Shown here piece after piece: positions 1 to 8,162 of a DNA stretch of 64,000 nt. Under the pieces are notes generated by a model. The model was given only the letters and a program-made list of their open reading frames with translations. It made no database searches and was not told where the DNA came from. Position 1 is the first letter of the stretch. Each line of letters opens with the position of its first letter. The stretch lies in NCBI GenBank assembly GCA_045542035.1, contig JAZQKG010000013.1, positions 12,102 to 76,101 on the forward strand, written 5' to 3'. The DNA comes from Eubacteriales bacterium (GTDB lineage Bacteria; Bacillota; Clostridia; Oscillospirales; CAG-272). The translations under genes and the position numbers were made by a program.

Positions 1-1628
1 TGTATTTTCAAGAGGCGCTTTTAGCCGCAGCTGACTCGGCTCTTAAGTCATACACAGATGAGACGGCAGAGCTTTCGATAATGAGCTTTATAGGCGCGCC
101 GATTGCGGCAGACGGGGCGCTATATAACGGAGTCGTTTGTGTCTCTGAGGGCGAAATAATAGGAATATCAATTTCCGGTCTCAGAACGAGGCATTTTGAC
201 CCTGCGCCAAATGATAGTATTGAAATTTCGGTTGCCGGTATTTCTGCCGAATGCGCTCGGGATTTCGTTTATACAGATAAGGATACCGGAGCTAATATTT
301 TCGTCAAGGTCGGTGATGACAATGCTTTTTCAGCAGATGGGGTAAATCTTATTTTAAATCCCACAGCCGCTGCTGAGTACGTTGGGCTGAAAGCCGAAAG
401 AAAAAACTATGCCGAGGATATCAGCCGCGAGCTTGGTCTTGCCTTCGTTATAGCGGGAGCGGGCGAGGGCGAGAGCGGAACTGACGGAATCTATGCGGGC
501 GCAAGAGTTATCACACAACATGGAAAGACTCTTGCAGAAGCTCCTCTTTTTGATGAAAAAATTCTATATGCCGATATAGATTTTAGCAAGGGGTGTGAGA
601 ATTTAGAGCCTGTAATCAACGTGGAGCTTCCTCTGGGGAAGTTTCCGTTTATCCCGTCTGATGAGATGGAACGCAGGGAGGCGTGTGAGCTTTCTATTGA
701 AATTCAGGCAAGGTCACTTGCCGGAAGAATTGAGCGCTCGTACTCAAAATGCGCCGTTATCGGTGTTTCAGGCGGTCTTGACTCGACTCTTGCCGTGCTT
801 GTTGCCGCCAAGGCTATGGATATTCTGGGGCGCGACAGACGGTCGGTTATAGCGATAACGATGCCTTGCTTTGGAACTACCGAGCGAACGAAGGGAAACG
901 CGCTTACACTTGCCGAGGAGCTTGGTTGCTCGGTCAGAACGATAGATATAAAGAATGCGGTAAATCAGCATTTCGCGGATATATCGCACGATGAAAATAA
1001 ATACGACGTAGTTTACGAGAACGCGCAGGCGAGGGAAAGAACGCAGATACTTATGGACGTCGCGAATGCCGAGGGCGGTCTTGTCGTCGGAACGGGAGAC
1101 CTTTCAGAGCTTGCGCTTGGTTTTGCCACATATAACGGTGACCACATGTCAATGTATTGTGTAAACGGCTCCGTGCCGAAAACCTTGATGCGTGAGATTA
1201 TTTCAAACGAGGCAAGAGAATACGAAGAAAAAGGAAATTCTACTCTTGCGAAGGTGCTTTCTGATATAGTTAATACACCCGTCAGCCCCGAGCTTCTTCC
1301 CGCAGAGGACGGGGAGAATAAGCAGCACACCGAGAAAATTGTCGGACCGTACGAGCTTCACGATTTCTTTTTATACTACACCGTAAAATTTGGATATTCA
1401 CCAAAGCGGGTGCTTGAGCTTGCCGCGGAGACCTTTACCGAGTATGAAAGAGGCGAAATAAAAGAATATCTGAAAATATTTATAAGGCGCTTTTATTCAC
1501 AGCAATTTAAGCGCTCCTGCCTTCCCGACGGACCCCGTGTAACAGAAACAAGCCTTTCACCAAGGGGGGCGTGGCAGATGCCGTCTGACGTTTCGTCAAA
1601 AATTTTCCTTGAGACGCTTGAAGAGTAA
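1..1628 (+). CDS. nadE: NAD+ synthetase (glutamine-dependent type), 5' end cut by window edge
   Basis: ORF 81..1628. The same frame is open from nt 3 to 81, so the gene starts upstream of the window. PP-loop VIGVSGGLDST and GDLSELALGFATYNGD are NAD synthase motifs. The N-terminal part resembles a CN-hydrolase/glutaminase domain. Confidence 0.85.
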   Translation, partial: YFQEALLAAADSALKSYTDETAELSIMSFIGAPIAADGALYNGVVCVSEGEIIGISISGLRTRHFDPAPNDSIEISVAGISAECARDFVYTDKDTGANIFVKVGDDNAFSADGVNLILNPTAAAEYVGLKAERKNYAEDISRELGLAFVIAGAGEGESGTDGIYAGARVITQHGKTLAEAPLFDEKILYADIDFSKGCENLEPVINVELPLGKFPFIPSDEMERREACELSIEIQARSLAGRIERSYSKCAVIGVSGGLDSTLAVLVAAKAMDILGRDRRSVIAITMPCFGTTERTKGNALTLAEELGCSVRTIDIKNAVNQHFADISHDENKYDVVYENAQARERTQILMDVANAEGGLVVGTGDLSELALGFATYNGDHMSMYCVNGSVPKTLMREIISNEAREYEEKGNSTLAKVLSDIVNTPVSPELLPAEDGENKQHTEKIVGPYELHDFFLYYTVKFGYSPKRVLELAAETFTEYERGEIKEYLKIFIRRFYSQQFKRSCLPDGPRVTETSLSPRGAWQMPSDVSSKIFLETLEE

Positions 1629-1632
1629 AGAT

Positions 1633-2256
1633 ATGAGTAATATTTTTGATTTATTTAAGAAAATTGAGAAAAAAGAGGATGCAAAACCTGTAACGCATAT
1701 CATTGCGGGTCTTGGAAATCCGGGTACGGAGTATGAAAAAACGAGACATAACGCAGGATTTCTCGCGATTGATTATATTGCATCGAAATATAACGTAAAC
1801 ATAAACAGGCTAAAATTCAAGGCTCTGGTAGCCGAGGCGGATATAGGCGGAATGCGGGTGCTTCTTATGAAGCCCCAGACCTTTATGAACTCCTCTGGCG
1901 AGGCTGTCGGAGAGGCGGCTGCGTTCTATAAGATTCCGGCTGAGAATATACTTGTTTTGCACGACGAGATAAGCTTTGACGCGGGGATTATCAGAATACG
2001 CAGAAAGGGCTCCGCGGGCGGTCATAACGGACTCAAGAGCATTATCGCGCATATATCGAGCGACGCCTTTCCGAGAATTAAAATCGGCGTCGGTCAAAAG
2101 CCAAATCCCGATTACGACCTTGTAAAATGGGTGCTCGGCAGGTTTCCCGTTGAGGATATGAAGAAAATCGAGGACAAGTTTTCGGATATTCTTAACTCCG
2201 CTGAGTTAATAATTTCGGGTGAGATAGACTGCGCGATGAACAAATATTCAAAATAA
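1633..2256 (+). CDS. pth: peptidyl-tRNA hydrolase
   Basis: ORF 1609..2256 trimmed to ATG 1633 (MSNIFDLF). Motifs GLGNPG..Y..TRHNAGF and GGHNGLKS. Conserved pth-mfd synteny. Confidence 0.9.
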   Translation: MSNIFDLFKKIEKKEDAKPVTHIIAGLGNPGTEYEKTRHNAGFLAIDYIASKYNVNINRLKFKALVAEADIGGMRVLLMKPQTFMNSSGEAVGEAAAFYKIPAENILVLHDEISFDAGIIRIRRKGSAGGHNGLKSIIAHISSDAFPRIKIGVGQKPNPDYDLVKWVLGRFPVEDMKKIEDKFSDILNSAELIISGEIDCAMNKYSK

Positions 2257-2291
2257 TATTGTAAATAACATATAAAGGATAAAGGTATCCA

Positions 2292-5200
2292 ATGAAAAGA
2301 CTTTCAGGTCTTATTAGATACGATAGGGAGTTTGCCGCTTCGGTTGCGACTCTTGAAGAGCAGCTAAAGGCGAAAAATCCCAAGCCAATAGTTGTAAACG
2401 GATTGACTGCGGGAGCATGCTCGGCGTATCTTTCGGAAGCGGTGGGTGAGCTTAAACATACCTCACGCGCGCCATCATTGATTATCGTCAGAGACGATTC
2501 CGAAAGGGAGAAGGTTTTATCCTCTCTTTTGGCTGACGGCATAAGAGCTGTCGGGTATAAGCCGCGCGATTTTGTTTTTCATAATATTTCCGCCTCCCAC
2601 GACACAGAGCGTGAGAGGCTTTCGGTACTTTCCGCGCTTATTTGCGGAGAGTGCGACGTTGTGGTGACAACCCCATCGGCAGCGCTTCAGAGGACGGTTC
2701 CCGAGGAGCTTCTTATGACACTTACGACCTCTCTTGAATGCGGAGACGCGGTTAAGCCCGAGGAGCTTTCGGAGAGGCTTGTGACTCTCGGCTTTGCGAG
2801 GGTTGATATGGTTGACAGCGCAGGTCAGTTCGCGCAAAGAGGCGGAATCATCGACGTGTGGTCAAATGCTGACTCAGAACCCGTGAGAATAGAATTCTTC
2901 GGCGACGAAATAGACAGAATGATGTATTTCGACCCTATTTCGCAGCGTTCAACAGATACGGCGGGGGCGCTTTCCCTGATTCCTGCGAGCGAGGTTTTGG
3001 TAAGCTCGGGCGCAAGAGAAAAAATGCTCGCGGCTGTTAATTCTCTTATTAAGAAGTCGCAGAGTGAAGAGATTTTAATGAAGCTTACAGCGGAAAAATC
3101 GGCTATCGAAGCTATGCTTCCTCTGAATTTCAGAGATAAGTATCTCGGTATCGTTTATGACGAGACCGCAAATCTTTTCAGCTATTTTTTAAGCTACGGA
3201 CGTTGCGCGGTTTTTATTCTTGACACAAACGGCGTAAAGGAAGAAATGAAAAATAAGATTGAGTCGGTATCTTCCGAGCGCGCGTCTATGATAGAAATGG
3301 GACTTGTTACCGAGAGCGCGGCTTCCTATATCGGAAGTGAAGCCGATTTTAATGCGTTCCTTGATGAAAACGTTGTTATTCATATAAATCCCTTCTCGAG
3401 CGGACTTGGAAACCTTAAAGCGTCGGGGCTGTTTGGCTTCAGATGCAGACGCACCGTTTCTTACGGAGATAATCCCGCGATGCTTGTTGAGGATATTACC
3501 GCTTTCCGCAAATCTATGTACAGAACTCTTATTCTTTGCGAAAACAGGCAGGGCGCTATGGCACTTGCTGAAAGTCTTGAGGAGAACGAAATAGCCTCGG
3601 CTCAGATATATGACAGCGAAGACTTTTCATTTGACTCGGTTGAGCCGGGACAGGTCGTAATTGACGTTGGCTCGGTAAGAGAGGGATATGACCTTATCTC
3701 CCCTAAAATCGCTGTTCTTTCTATGGCGAGGGATTCGGGCAGGGCGGTTATGGCAAATAGACGCCGTCAGAGAATACTTCGCAAGGTCGGGGGAGCGGGG
3801 CAGCGTCTTATGAGTTACGCAGACCTCTCAGTCGGTGATTACGTTGTTCACGCAAATTACGGTATCGGTCTATTCGAGGGAATGCAAGCGGTAACGGTAG
3901 ACGGTGTAACCAAGGATTATATAACCATAAGATACGCCGGAACTGATAAGCTTTTCGTTCCTTGCGATAGGCTTGAATATATCGGTAAGTATATAGGCGA
4001 GAAGGATAAGGACGGAAACGTCAAGCTCTCAAAGATGGGGGGCGGTGACTGGACCCGTGTTAAAACAAAAGCGAAATCTGCGGCTAAGGATATCGCAAAG
4101 GACTTGATAAGGCTTTATGCCGAGAGGCAGAAAAAGCCGGGATTTGCTTTCCCCGCAGACTCGGAGCTTGAGGATTCGTTCGCGGCTGATTTTGATTACG
4201 AGGAAACCGACTCTCAGCTTATAGCCATAAAAGAAATAAAAGAGGATATGATGAAGCCCGTTCCTATGAACCGCCTTCTGTGCGGTGACGTTGGATTCGG
4301 TAAGACAGAGGTTGCCTTACGCGCGGCATTCAAAGCAATTATGGGAGGGAAGCAGGTTGCAATCCTCGTGCCGACGACGATTTTAGCGCTTCAGCATCTT
4401 GAAACCGCAACCTCGCGTATGCGGAATTATCCCGTAACGGTTGAGATGATATCCCGCTTTCGCACACCGAAGCAGCAGGAAGCTATTCTCCGCCGTGTTA
4501 AACGCGGTGAGGTGGATATACTTATAGGAACTCATAAGCTTCTTTCAAAGAACGTTGCCTTCCGCGACCTTGGGCTTCTCATAATTGACGAGGAGCAGAG
4601 GTTTGGCGTTACGCAAAAGGAAAAGCTTAAGGAGATGGCAAAGAACGTTGACGTTCTTACTCTTTCGGCAACGCCTATTCCGAGAACGCTCAATATGGCG
4701 ATGAACGGAATCAGCGATATGTCGATTCTTGACGAAGCGCCCGGAGAGCGCAGACCCGTGCAGACCTACGTGCTTGAGCATGATGACGGAGTCATTTTCG
4801 ACGCTATGGGGAAGGAGCTTATGCGCGGCGGTCAGGTTCTTTATCTTTATAACAAGGTTGAGGATATAGATTTCGTCGCGGGGCGTATTATGAGAGCCTT
4901 ACCCGATGCCCGTGTCGCATATGCTCACGGACAGATGGAAAAAGATGAGCTTGAGGATATCTGGCAGATGCTCGTGCGCGGTGAGATTGATATACTCGTT
5001 TGCACGACTATAATAGAGACGGGAGTCGACCTTCCGAACGCGAATACTCTTGTAATAGAAAACGCAGACAGAATGGGACTCTCTCAGCTTCATCAGATAA
5101 GGGGAAGGGTTGGAAGAAGCTCAAGACAAGCGTATGCGTATTTTACCTACAGAGTGGGAAAGGCGCTTTCCGAGGTTGCAACTAAGAGACTTGCCGCTAT

Positions 5201-5861
5201 ACGTGAGTTTGCTGAGTTCGGAGCAGGTTTTAAGGTTGCTCTTCGCGACCTTGAAATACGCGGCGCGGGAAATCTTCTCGGAGCTGAACAGCACGGATAT
5301 ATTGACAGCGTCGGTTACGACCTATACGTAAAGCTTCTTAATGAAGCCGTACTTGAGGAGAGCGGTAGAGCGAACGAGAAACCGTTTGAATCCACTATTG
5401 ATATAAAAGTTAGCGCGAATATTCCCGAATATTATATACCGATAAGCTCTCAGAGAATGGAAATGTATAAAAAGATTTCTCTCATTGCCGAACCTGCCGA
5501 TATGCAGGACGTGATGGATGAATTTATTGACAGATTCGGTGAACCCCCGAGGGAGACCGAGCGGCTTGTGTCTATCTCGCTTATGCGCTCTCTTGCGTCA
5601 AAATGCGAGATTAAAAAGGTGGAGCTTCGCGACGGAACTCTTACATTTGCCGTTGATAAGCCGGAGCTTGCGATATGGTCGGAGCTTTTCGGAAAGCATA
5701 AGGGATTGACGTTCAGAAGCGTAGGCTCGCTTTCTGTTATTTACCGCGTTAAGTCGGGAGAGGATGCGGTTAAATCCGCGCTTTCTATACTTGAAGAGTA
5801 TTATTCGGTTGTTTCCGAAGCTAAAAACAGTTCGCCTGAAGGACAACAGAACGGAGAATAA
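2292..5861 (+). CDS. mfd: transcription-repair coupling factor
   Basis: 1189 aa. Superfamily-2 helicase core (GDVGFGKTEVALRAA, LIIDEEQRFG, QLHQIRGRVGRS), UvrB-like N-terminus and a CarD-like region. Follows pth. Confidence 0.95.
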   Translation: MKRLSGLIRYDREFAASVATLEEQLKAKNPKPIVVNGLTAGACSAYLSEAVGELKHTSRAPSLIIVRDDSEREKVLSSLLADGIRAVGYKPRDFVFHNISASHDTERERLSVLSALICGECDVVVTTPSAALQRTVPEELLMTLTTSLECGDAVKPEELSERLVTLGFARVDMVDSAGQFAQRGGIIDVWSNADSEPVRIEFFGDEIDRMMYFDPISQRSTDTAGALSLIPASEVLVSSGAREKMLAAVNSLIKKSQSEEILMKLTAEKSAIEAMLPLNFRDKYLGIVYDETANLFSYFLSYGRCAVFILDTNGVKEEMKNKIESVSSERASMIEMGLVTESAASYIGSEADFNAFLDENVVIHINPFSSGLGNLKASGLFGFRCRRTVSYGDNPAMLVEDITAFRKSMYRTLILCENRQGAMALAESLEENEIASAQIYDSEDFSFDSVEPGQVVIDVGSVREGYDLISPKIAVLSMARDSGRAVMANRRRQRILRKVGGAGQRLMSYADLSVGDYVVHANYGIGLFEGMQAVTVDGVTKDYITIRYAGTDKLFVPCDRLEYIGKYIGEKDKDGNVKLSKMGGGDWTRVKTKAKSAAKDIAKDLIRLYAERQKKPGFAFPADSELEDSFAADFDYEETDSQLIAIKEIKEDMMKPVPMNRLLCGDVGFGKTEVALRAAFKAIMGGKQVAILVPTTILALQHLETATSRMRNYPVTVEMISRFRTPKQQEAILRRVKRGEVDILIGTHKLLSKNVAFRDLGLLIIDEEQRFGVTQKEKLKEMAKNVDVLTLSATPIPRTLNMAMNGISDMSILDEAPGERRPVQTYVLEHDDGVIFDAMGKELMRGGQVLYLYNKVEDIDFVAGRIMRALPDARVAYAHGQMEKDELEDIWQMLVRGEIDILVCTTIIETGVDLPNANTLVIENADRMGLSQLHQIRGRVGRSSRQAYAYFTYRVGKALSEVATKRLAAIREFAEFGAGFKVALRDLEIRGAGNLLGAEQHGYIDSVGYDLYVKLLNEAVLEESGRANEKPFESTIDIKVSANIPEYYIPISSQRMEMYKKISLIAEPADMQDVMDEFIDRFGEPPRETERLVSISLMRSLASKCEIKKVELRDGTLTFAVDKPELAIWSELFGKHKGLTFRSVGSLSVIYRVKSGEDAVKSALSILEEYYSVVSEAKNSSPEGQQNGE

Positions 5862-5869
5862 AGAATAAA

Positions 5870-7114
5870 ATGAAGGAAAATCAAAAAAGAGATTCTAAAT
5901 TTCAAAACAGTCCGCCAAAGAAAAGAAAAAATGTGTTTTTGATAACTTTTATTTGCATTTTCTTGGCTTTAGTGCTGATTTTTGGAGCTATACTCGGTAT
6001 TATGTCGGCTGTTAGAAATTCAAAAGCAGCCGTGAAATACGAAGGACTCACGATGAGCGAGGAAACAGCCTCATTTTTCGTTACCTATTATAAATACAGA
6101 TATATGTCTATTCTTTCATCAACGGGAGTTGTCGGCGTTGAGGATACTCGCGGCTTCTGGAATAAGATTCACGAGGATGAGGGGGTAAGCTACGGTGAAC
6201 TTCTCCAAAAAAGCACCGAACAGTATATACGGCAGATTATGGTAGCAAATTATTTATATGATAATTACGCAAGGCTTACGTCAGACGACAGGGATATAAT
6301 TAACACCGCGCGGGGTGAGCTATTAACCTATAAGGCGGACGGAAATAAGGACCTGTTTAATTCCGAGGTTTCAAAATACGGATTTGATTATAGCTCACTT
6401 AAGGATGCTATAACAATGCTTTATAAGGCGAACGTCGCGAAAAATATAATATACGGAGCTGACGGCTCAAATCTTAAAAATTTTCCGGAGCTTGCGAATG
6501 AATATCTCACGGAGTATACGCACGTTAAGCTGCTCTTTATAAGGACTGAAACGACTTTCGTACTTGACGAGAACGGCGACAGGATTATCGGAGACGACGG
6601 AAATGATGAGACACGCCTCCTGACAGAAGCGGAAAAGACGGAGAGACAGGAGCTTATTTCGGATATCCGCGGATATATTGACGCGCGTGAGAGTGGCGGT
6701 GATATTCAAATGGGCGAAGAGATGTTTAACTATTATCTCGAAAAGCATGACGAGGGTGATAAAGACATGCATGCCGACGGATATTACTTCCACAAAAATT
6801 CTGCATTCACGTCAGAGTTTTCTGAGGTCTTTAAAAATATCGTAGATAAATCCTACTCTATGGAAATCGGTTCGTATGACGAGGTGAACGTTGATTTCGG
6901 AGTTTGCTTCATATATAAGTATGAGCCAACCGCGAACGTATACGCTTCAACTCTTGCCGAGGTTTGCTTCACTGATTTTTACTCGGATGCCGCTGCGGTC
7001 ATTTTCGAGAAAACCTTGACGGAGCTTTCGACTGACGTAGTTCTCACGGAAAAATTCAAAAAAATAGATATAATCGCGCTTCCTTATAACTACGATTACC
7101 TTCCTTCGTTTTAA
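5870..7114 (+). CDS. membrane-anchored protein of unknown function (possible PrsA/SurA-N-like foldase position)
   Basis: 414 aa. Basic N-terminus, one TM helix (VFLITFICIFLALVLIFGAILGIM), then a soluble region. Firmicutes often carry a PrsA-type gene after mfd, but I see no parvulin PPIase motif. Confidence 0.6.
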   Translation: MKENQKRDSKFQNSPPKKRKNVFLITFICIFLALVLIFGAILGIMSAVRNSKAAVKYEGLTMSEETASFFVTYYKYRYMSILSSTGVVGVEDTRGFWNKIHEDEGVSYGELLQKSTEQYIRQIMVANYLYDNYARLTSDDRDIINTARGELLTYKADGNKDLFNSEVSKYGFDYSSLKDAITMLYKANVAKNIIYGADGSNLKNFPELANEYLTEYTHVKLLFIRTETTFVLDENGDRIIGDDGNDETRLLTEAEKTERQELISDIRGYIDARESGGDIQMGEEMFNYYLEKHDEGDKDMHADGYYFHKNSAFTSEFSEVFKNIVDKSYSMEIGSYDEVNVDFGVCFIYKYEPTANVYASTLAEVCFTDFYSDAAAVIFEKTLTELSTDVVLTEKFKKIDIIALPYNYDYLPSF

Positions 7115-7154
7115 ATAAATAGTTACTAAAAATTATTTTTATTTTGCTAAACTC

Positions 7155-7183
7155 TTGACGTAAACTTGCGTCTGATGTATAAT
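7155..7183 (+). promoter_or_regulatory. sigma-70-type promoter (TTGACG-17-TATAAT) with no obvious gene downstream
   Basis: TTGACG 7155..7160, 17-nt spacer, TATAAT 7178..7183. The next element on this strand is the terminator at 7327..7360. Confidence 0.5.
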
Positions 7184-7326
7184 AAGTATGGAAAATGCAG
7201 AAGATAACATCAAAATAGGTATATAAAATGCGTAGGACATACAATAATGGAACGAACGCTTATTGCGAAACTTGTTGATTTCGCAATTGGCAAATTTCAT
7301 TTTATAGTAACTATCTGCTGTCATTT

Positions 7327-7360
7327 AAAAAATGCTGTGGCGCGCCCACAGCATTTTTTT
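7327..7360. terminator. bidirectional rho-independent terminator
   Basis: AAAAAATGCTGTGG-cgcgc-CCACAGCATTTTTTT. A perfect 9-bp GC-rich stem is flanked by an A-tract and a T-tract. It lies just 3' of the minus-strand XRE gene. Confidence 0.85.
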
Positions 7361-7377
7361 GCCATATTTAAATAATG

Positions 7378-7617
7378 TTATTCTTCATCTTCGGGATCGT
7401 TAAAATAGTCTTTACTGAAAAATTCCTCAAGAGTTATCCCTGCACCTAAACAAAATCTTTTTAATGTGATTATCGTTGGCGATTTTGTTCTATTCTTAAA
7501 TAAGTCATAAATTGATGACGAAGATGCGCCGCCATTTAAACATGCTTCGGCAATTTTTATTTTTTTCTGCTTACATACTTCAAGTATTCTGTGTTTTGTT
7601 GCTTCGTTTAAATTCAT
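7378..7617 (-). CDS. XRE/Cro-C1 family helix-turn-helix transcriptional regulator
   Basis: ORF 7378..7833 trimmed to ATG 7617 (MNLNEATKHRILEV), with SD GGAGGG at 7621..7626 on the minus strand. 79 aa with an HTH region KIKIAEACLNGGASSSSIYDLFKNRTKSPTIITLKRF. Confidence 0.8.
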   Translation of the reverse strand: MNLNEATKHRILEVCKQKKIKIAEACLNGGASSSSIYDLFKNRTKSPTIITLKRFCLGAGITLEEFFSKDYFNDPEDEE

Positions 7618-7631
7618 AAGCCCTCCAATAT

Positions 7632-7645
7632 CGTGTAATTCCACA
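7632..7645. promoter_or_regulatory. operator-like palindrome, imperfect copy (CGTGTAATTCCACA)
   Basis: Differs at 2 of 14 positions from the perfect palindrome at 7677..7690. Lies in the 5' region of the XRE gene. Confidence 0.5.
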
Positions 7646-7676
7646 ATTATTATAAATTCAATTAAAATTTTTCTCT

Positions 7677-7690
7677 CGTGGAATTCCACG
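7677..7690. promoter_or_regulatory. operator-like perfect 14-bp palindrome CGTGGAATTCCACG
   Basis: Self-complementary by direct reading. Ends 3 nt before the -35 of the + strand promoter at 7694. Confidence 0.6.
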
Positions 7691-7693
7691 ATA

Positions 7694-7722
7694 TTGACAA
7701 TTTTTCTTGTTAATGCTATAAT
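7694..7722 (+). promoter_or_regulatory. consensus sigma-70 promoter (TTGACA-17-TATAAT) divergent from the XRE gene
   Basis: TTGACA 7694..7699, 17-nt spacer, TATAAT 7717..7722. Followed by SD AAAGGAG 7734..7740 and ATG 7748. Confidence 0.7.
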
Positions 7723-7732
7723 GGAATTCCAT
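7721..7732. promoter_or_regulatory. operator-like perfect 12-bp palindrome ATGGAATTCCAT
   Basis: Overlaps the last 2 nt of the -10 hexamer and the expected transcription start of the 7694 promoter. Confidence 0.6.
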
Positions 7733-7747
7733 GAAAGGAGCTTATAT

Positions 7748-8071
7748 ATGTTTAACAGAGCAGGTAATTTAAATGTAAAGAATTTAATTGATATATGTAT
7801 GAGGGATACATGCATATTTATACGTAAGCACAAGATGCTTTTGAAAAATGATTTTTTCAGAAATGTATAAACATCACTGATTGAATCGGAAATTCAGGAT
7901 ATAAAGAGCTTTACACATGATGACTCGGATAGCATACGAGAGGGTATTGAGATGGCTTATGATGCTGAAATTGAATGCAACGGGGAAACGTTTGAAAAAT
8001 ATGAGAAAATTGCTATAGATACTCTCAAATGGATTGAATACGTCAACAAAGAAATAGATAATATACAATGA
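7748..8071 (+). pseudogene. small acidic protein gene interrupted by an in-frame TAA (40 + 66 codons), family unknown
   Basis: ATG 7748 is followed by 40 codons and TAA at 7868..7870. The same frame then stays open with coding-like composition (LIESEIQDIKSFTHDDSDSIREGIEMAYDAEIECNGETFEKYEKIAIDTLKWIEYVNKEIDNIQ) to TGA 8069..8071. Confidence 0.5.
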
Positions 8072-8100
8072 ACTAAAGATTGCATATTATTTTTTATTAC

Positions 8101-8129
8101 TTGACAAATACTTTTTTGAGGTATATAAT
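8101..8129 (+). promoter_or_regulatory. consensus sigma-70 promoter for copA (TTGACA-17-TATAAT)
   Basis: TTGACA 8101..8106, 17-nt spacer, TATAAT 8124..8129. The palindrome TTATCGATAA at 8131..8140 follows directly. Confidence 0.7.
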
Positions 8130-8162
8130 TTTATCGATAATAAAATGTTTTCAGGTGAAAAA

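Noticed and set aside
7056-7324. Two minus-strand ORFs of 61-62 aa in the AT-rich spacer
   Set aside because: They lie downstream of the bidirectional terminator with no promoter or SD. One overlaps the 3' end of the upstream + strand gene. Their hydrophobic/aromatic composition is typical of AT-rich noise.
7247-7375. 42-codon + strand ORF (MERTLIAKLVDFAIGKFHFIVTICCH...) considered as a small toxin-like peptide
   Set aside because: It must be translated through the strong terminator hairpin at 7327..7360, and its stop lies beyond the predicted transcript end. It has only a marginal SD. It is better treated as part of a possible sRNA.
7632-7732. GAATTC-containing palindromes considered as C-boxes of a restriction-modification controller protein
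   Set aside because: No methyltransferase or endonuclease gene is adjacent. The only downstream gene is a small stop-interrupted ORF. The repressor-operator interpretation is kept, without the R-M claim.
7874-8068. 64-aa minus-strand ORF (MYIIYFFVDVF...)
   Set aside because: The + strand frame over the same bases has far more protein-like composition and is contiguous, in frame, with the SD-led ORF at 7748. The minus ORF has no start signals.
7132-8106. Similar AT-rich strings (ATTATTTTTATT ... CTTGAC) at both ends of the ~1 kb XRE insert, considered as att-like direct repeats or a duplicated promoter
   Set aside because: Similarity is limited to about 12 nt of A/T tract plus the -35 hexamer. 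The spacers and flanks do not align. It is more simply explained as UP-element-like A/T tracts upstream of two independent promoters.
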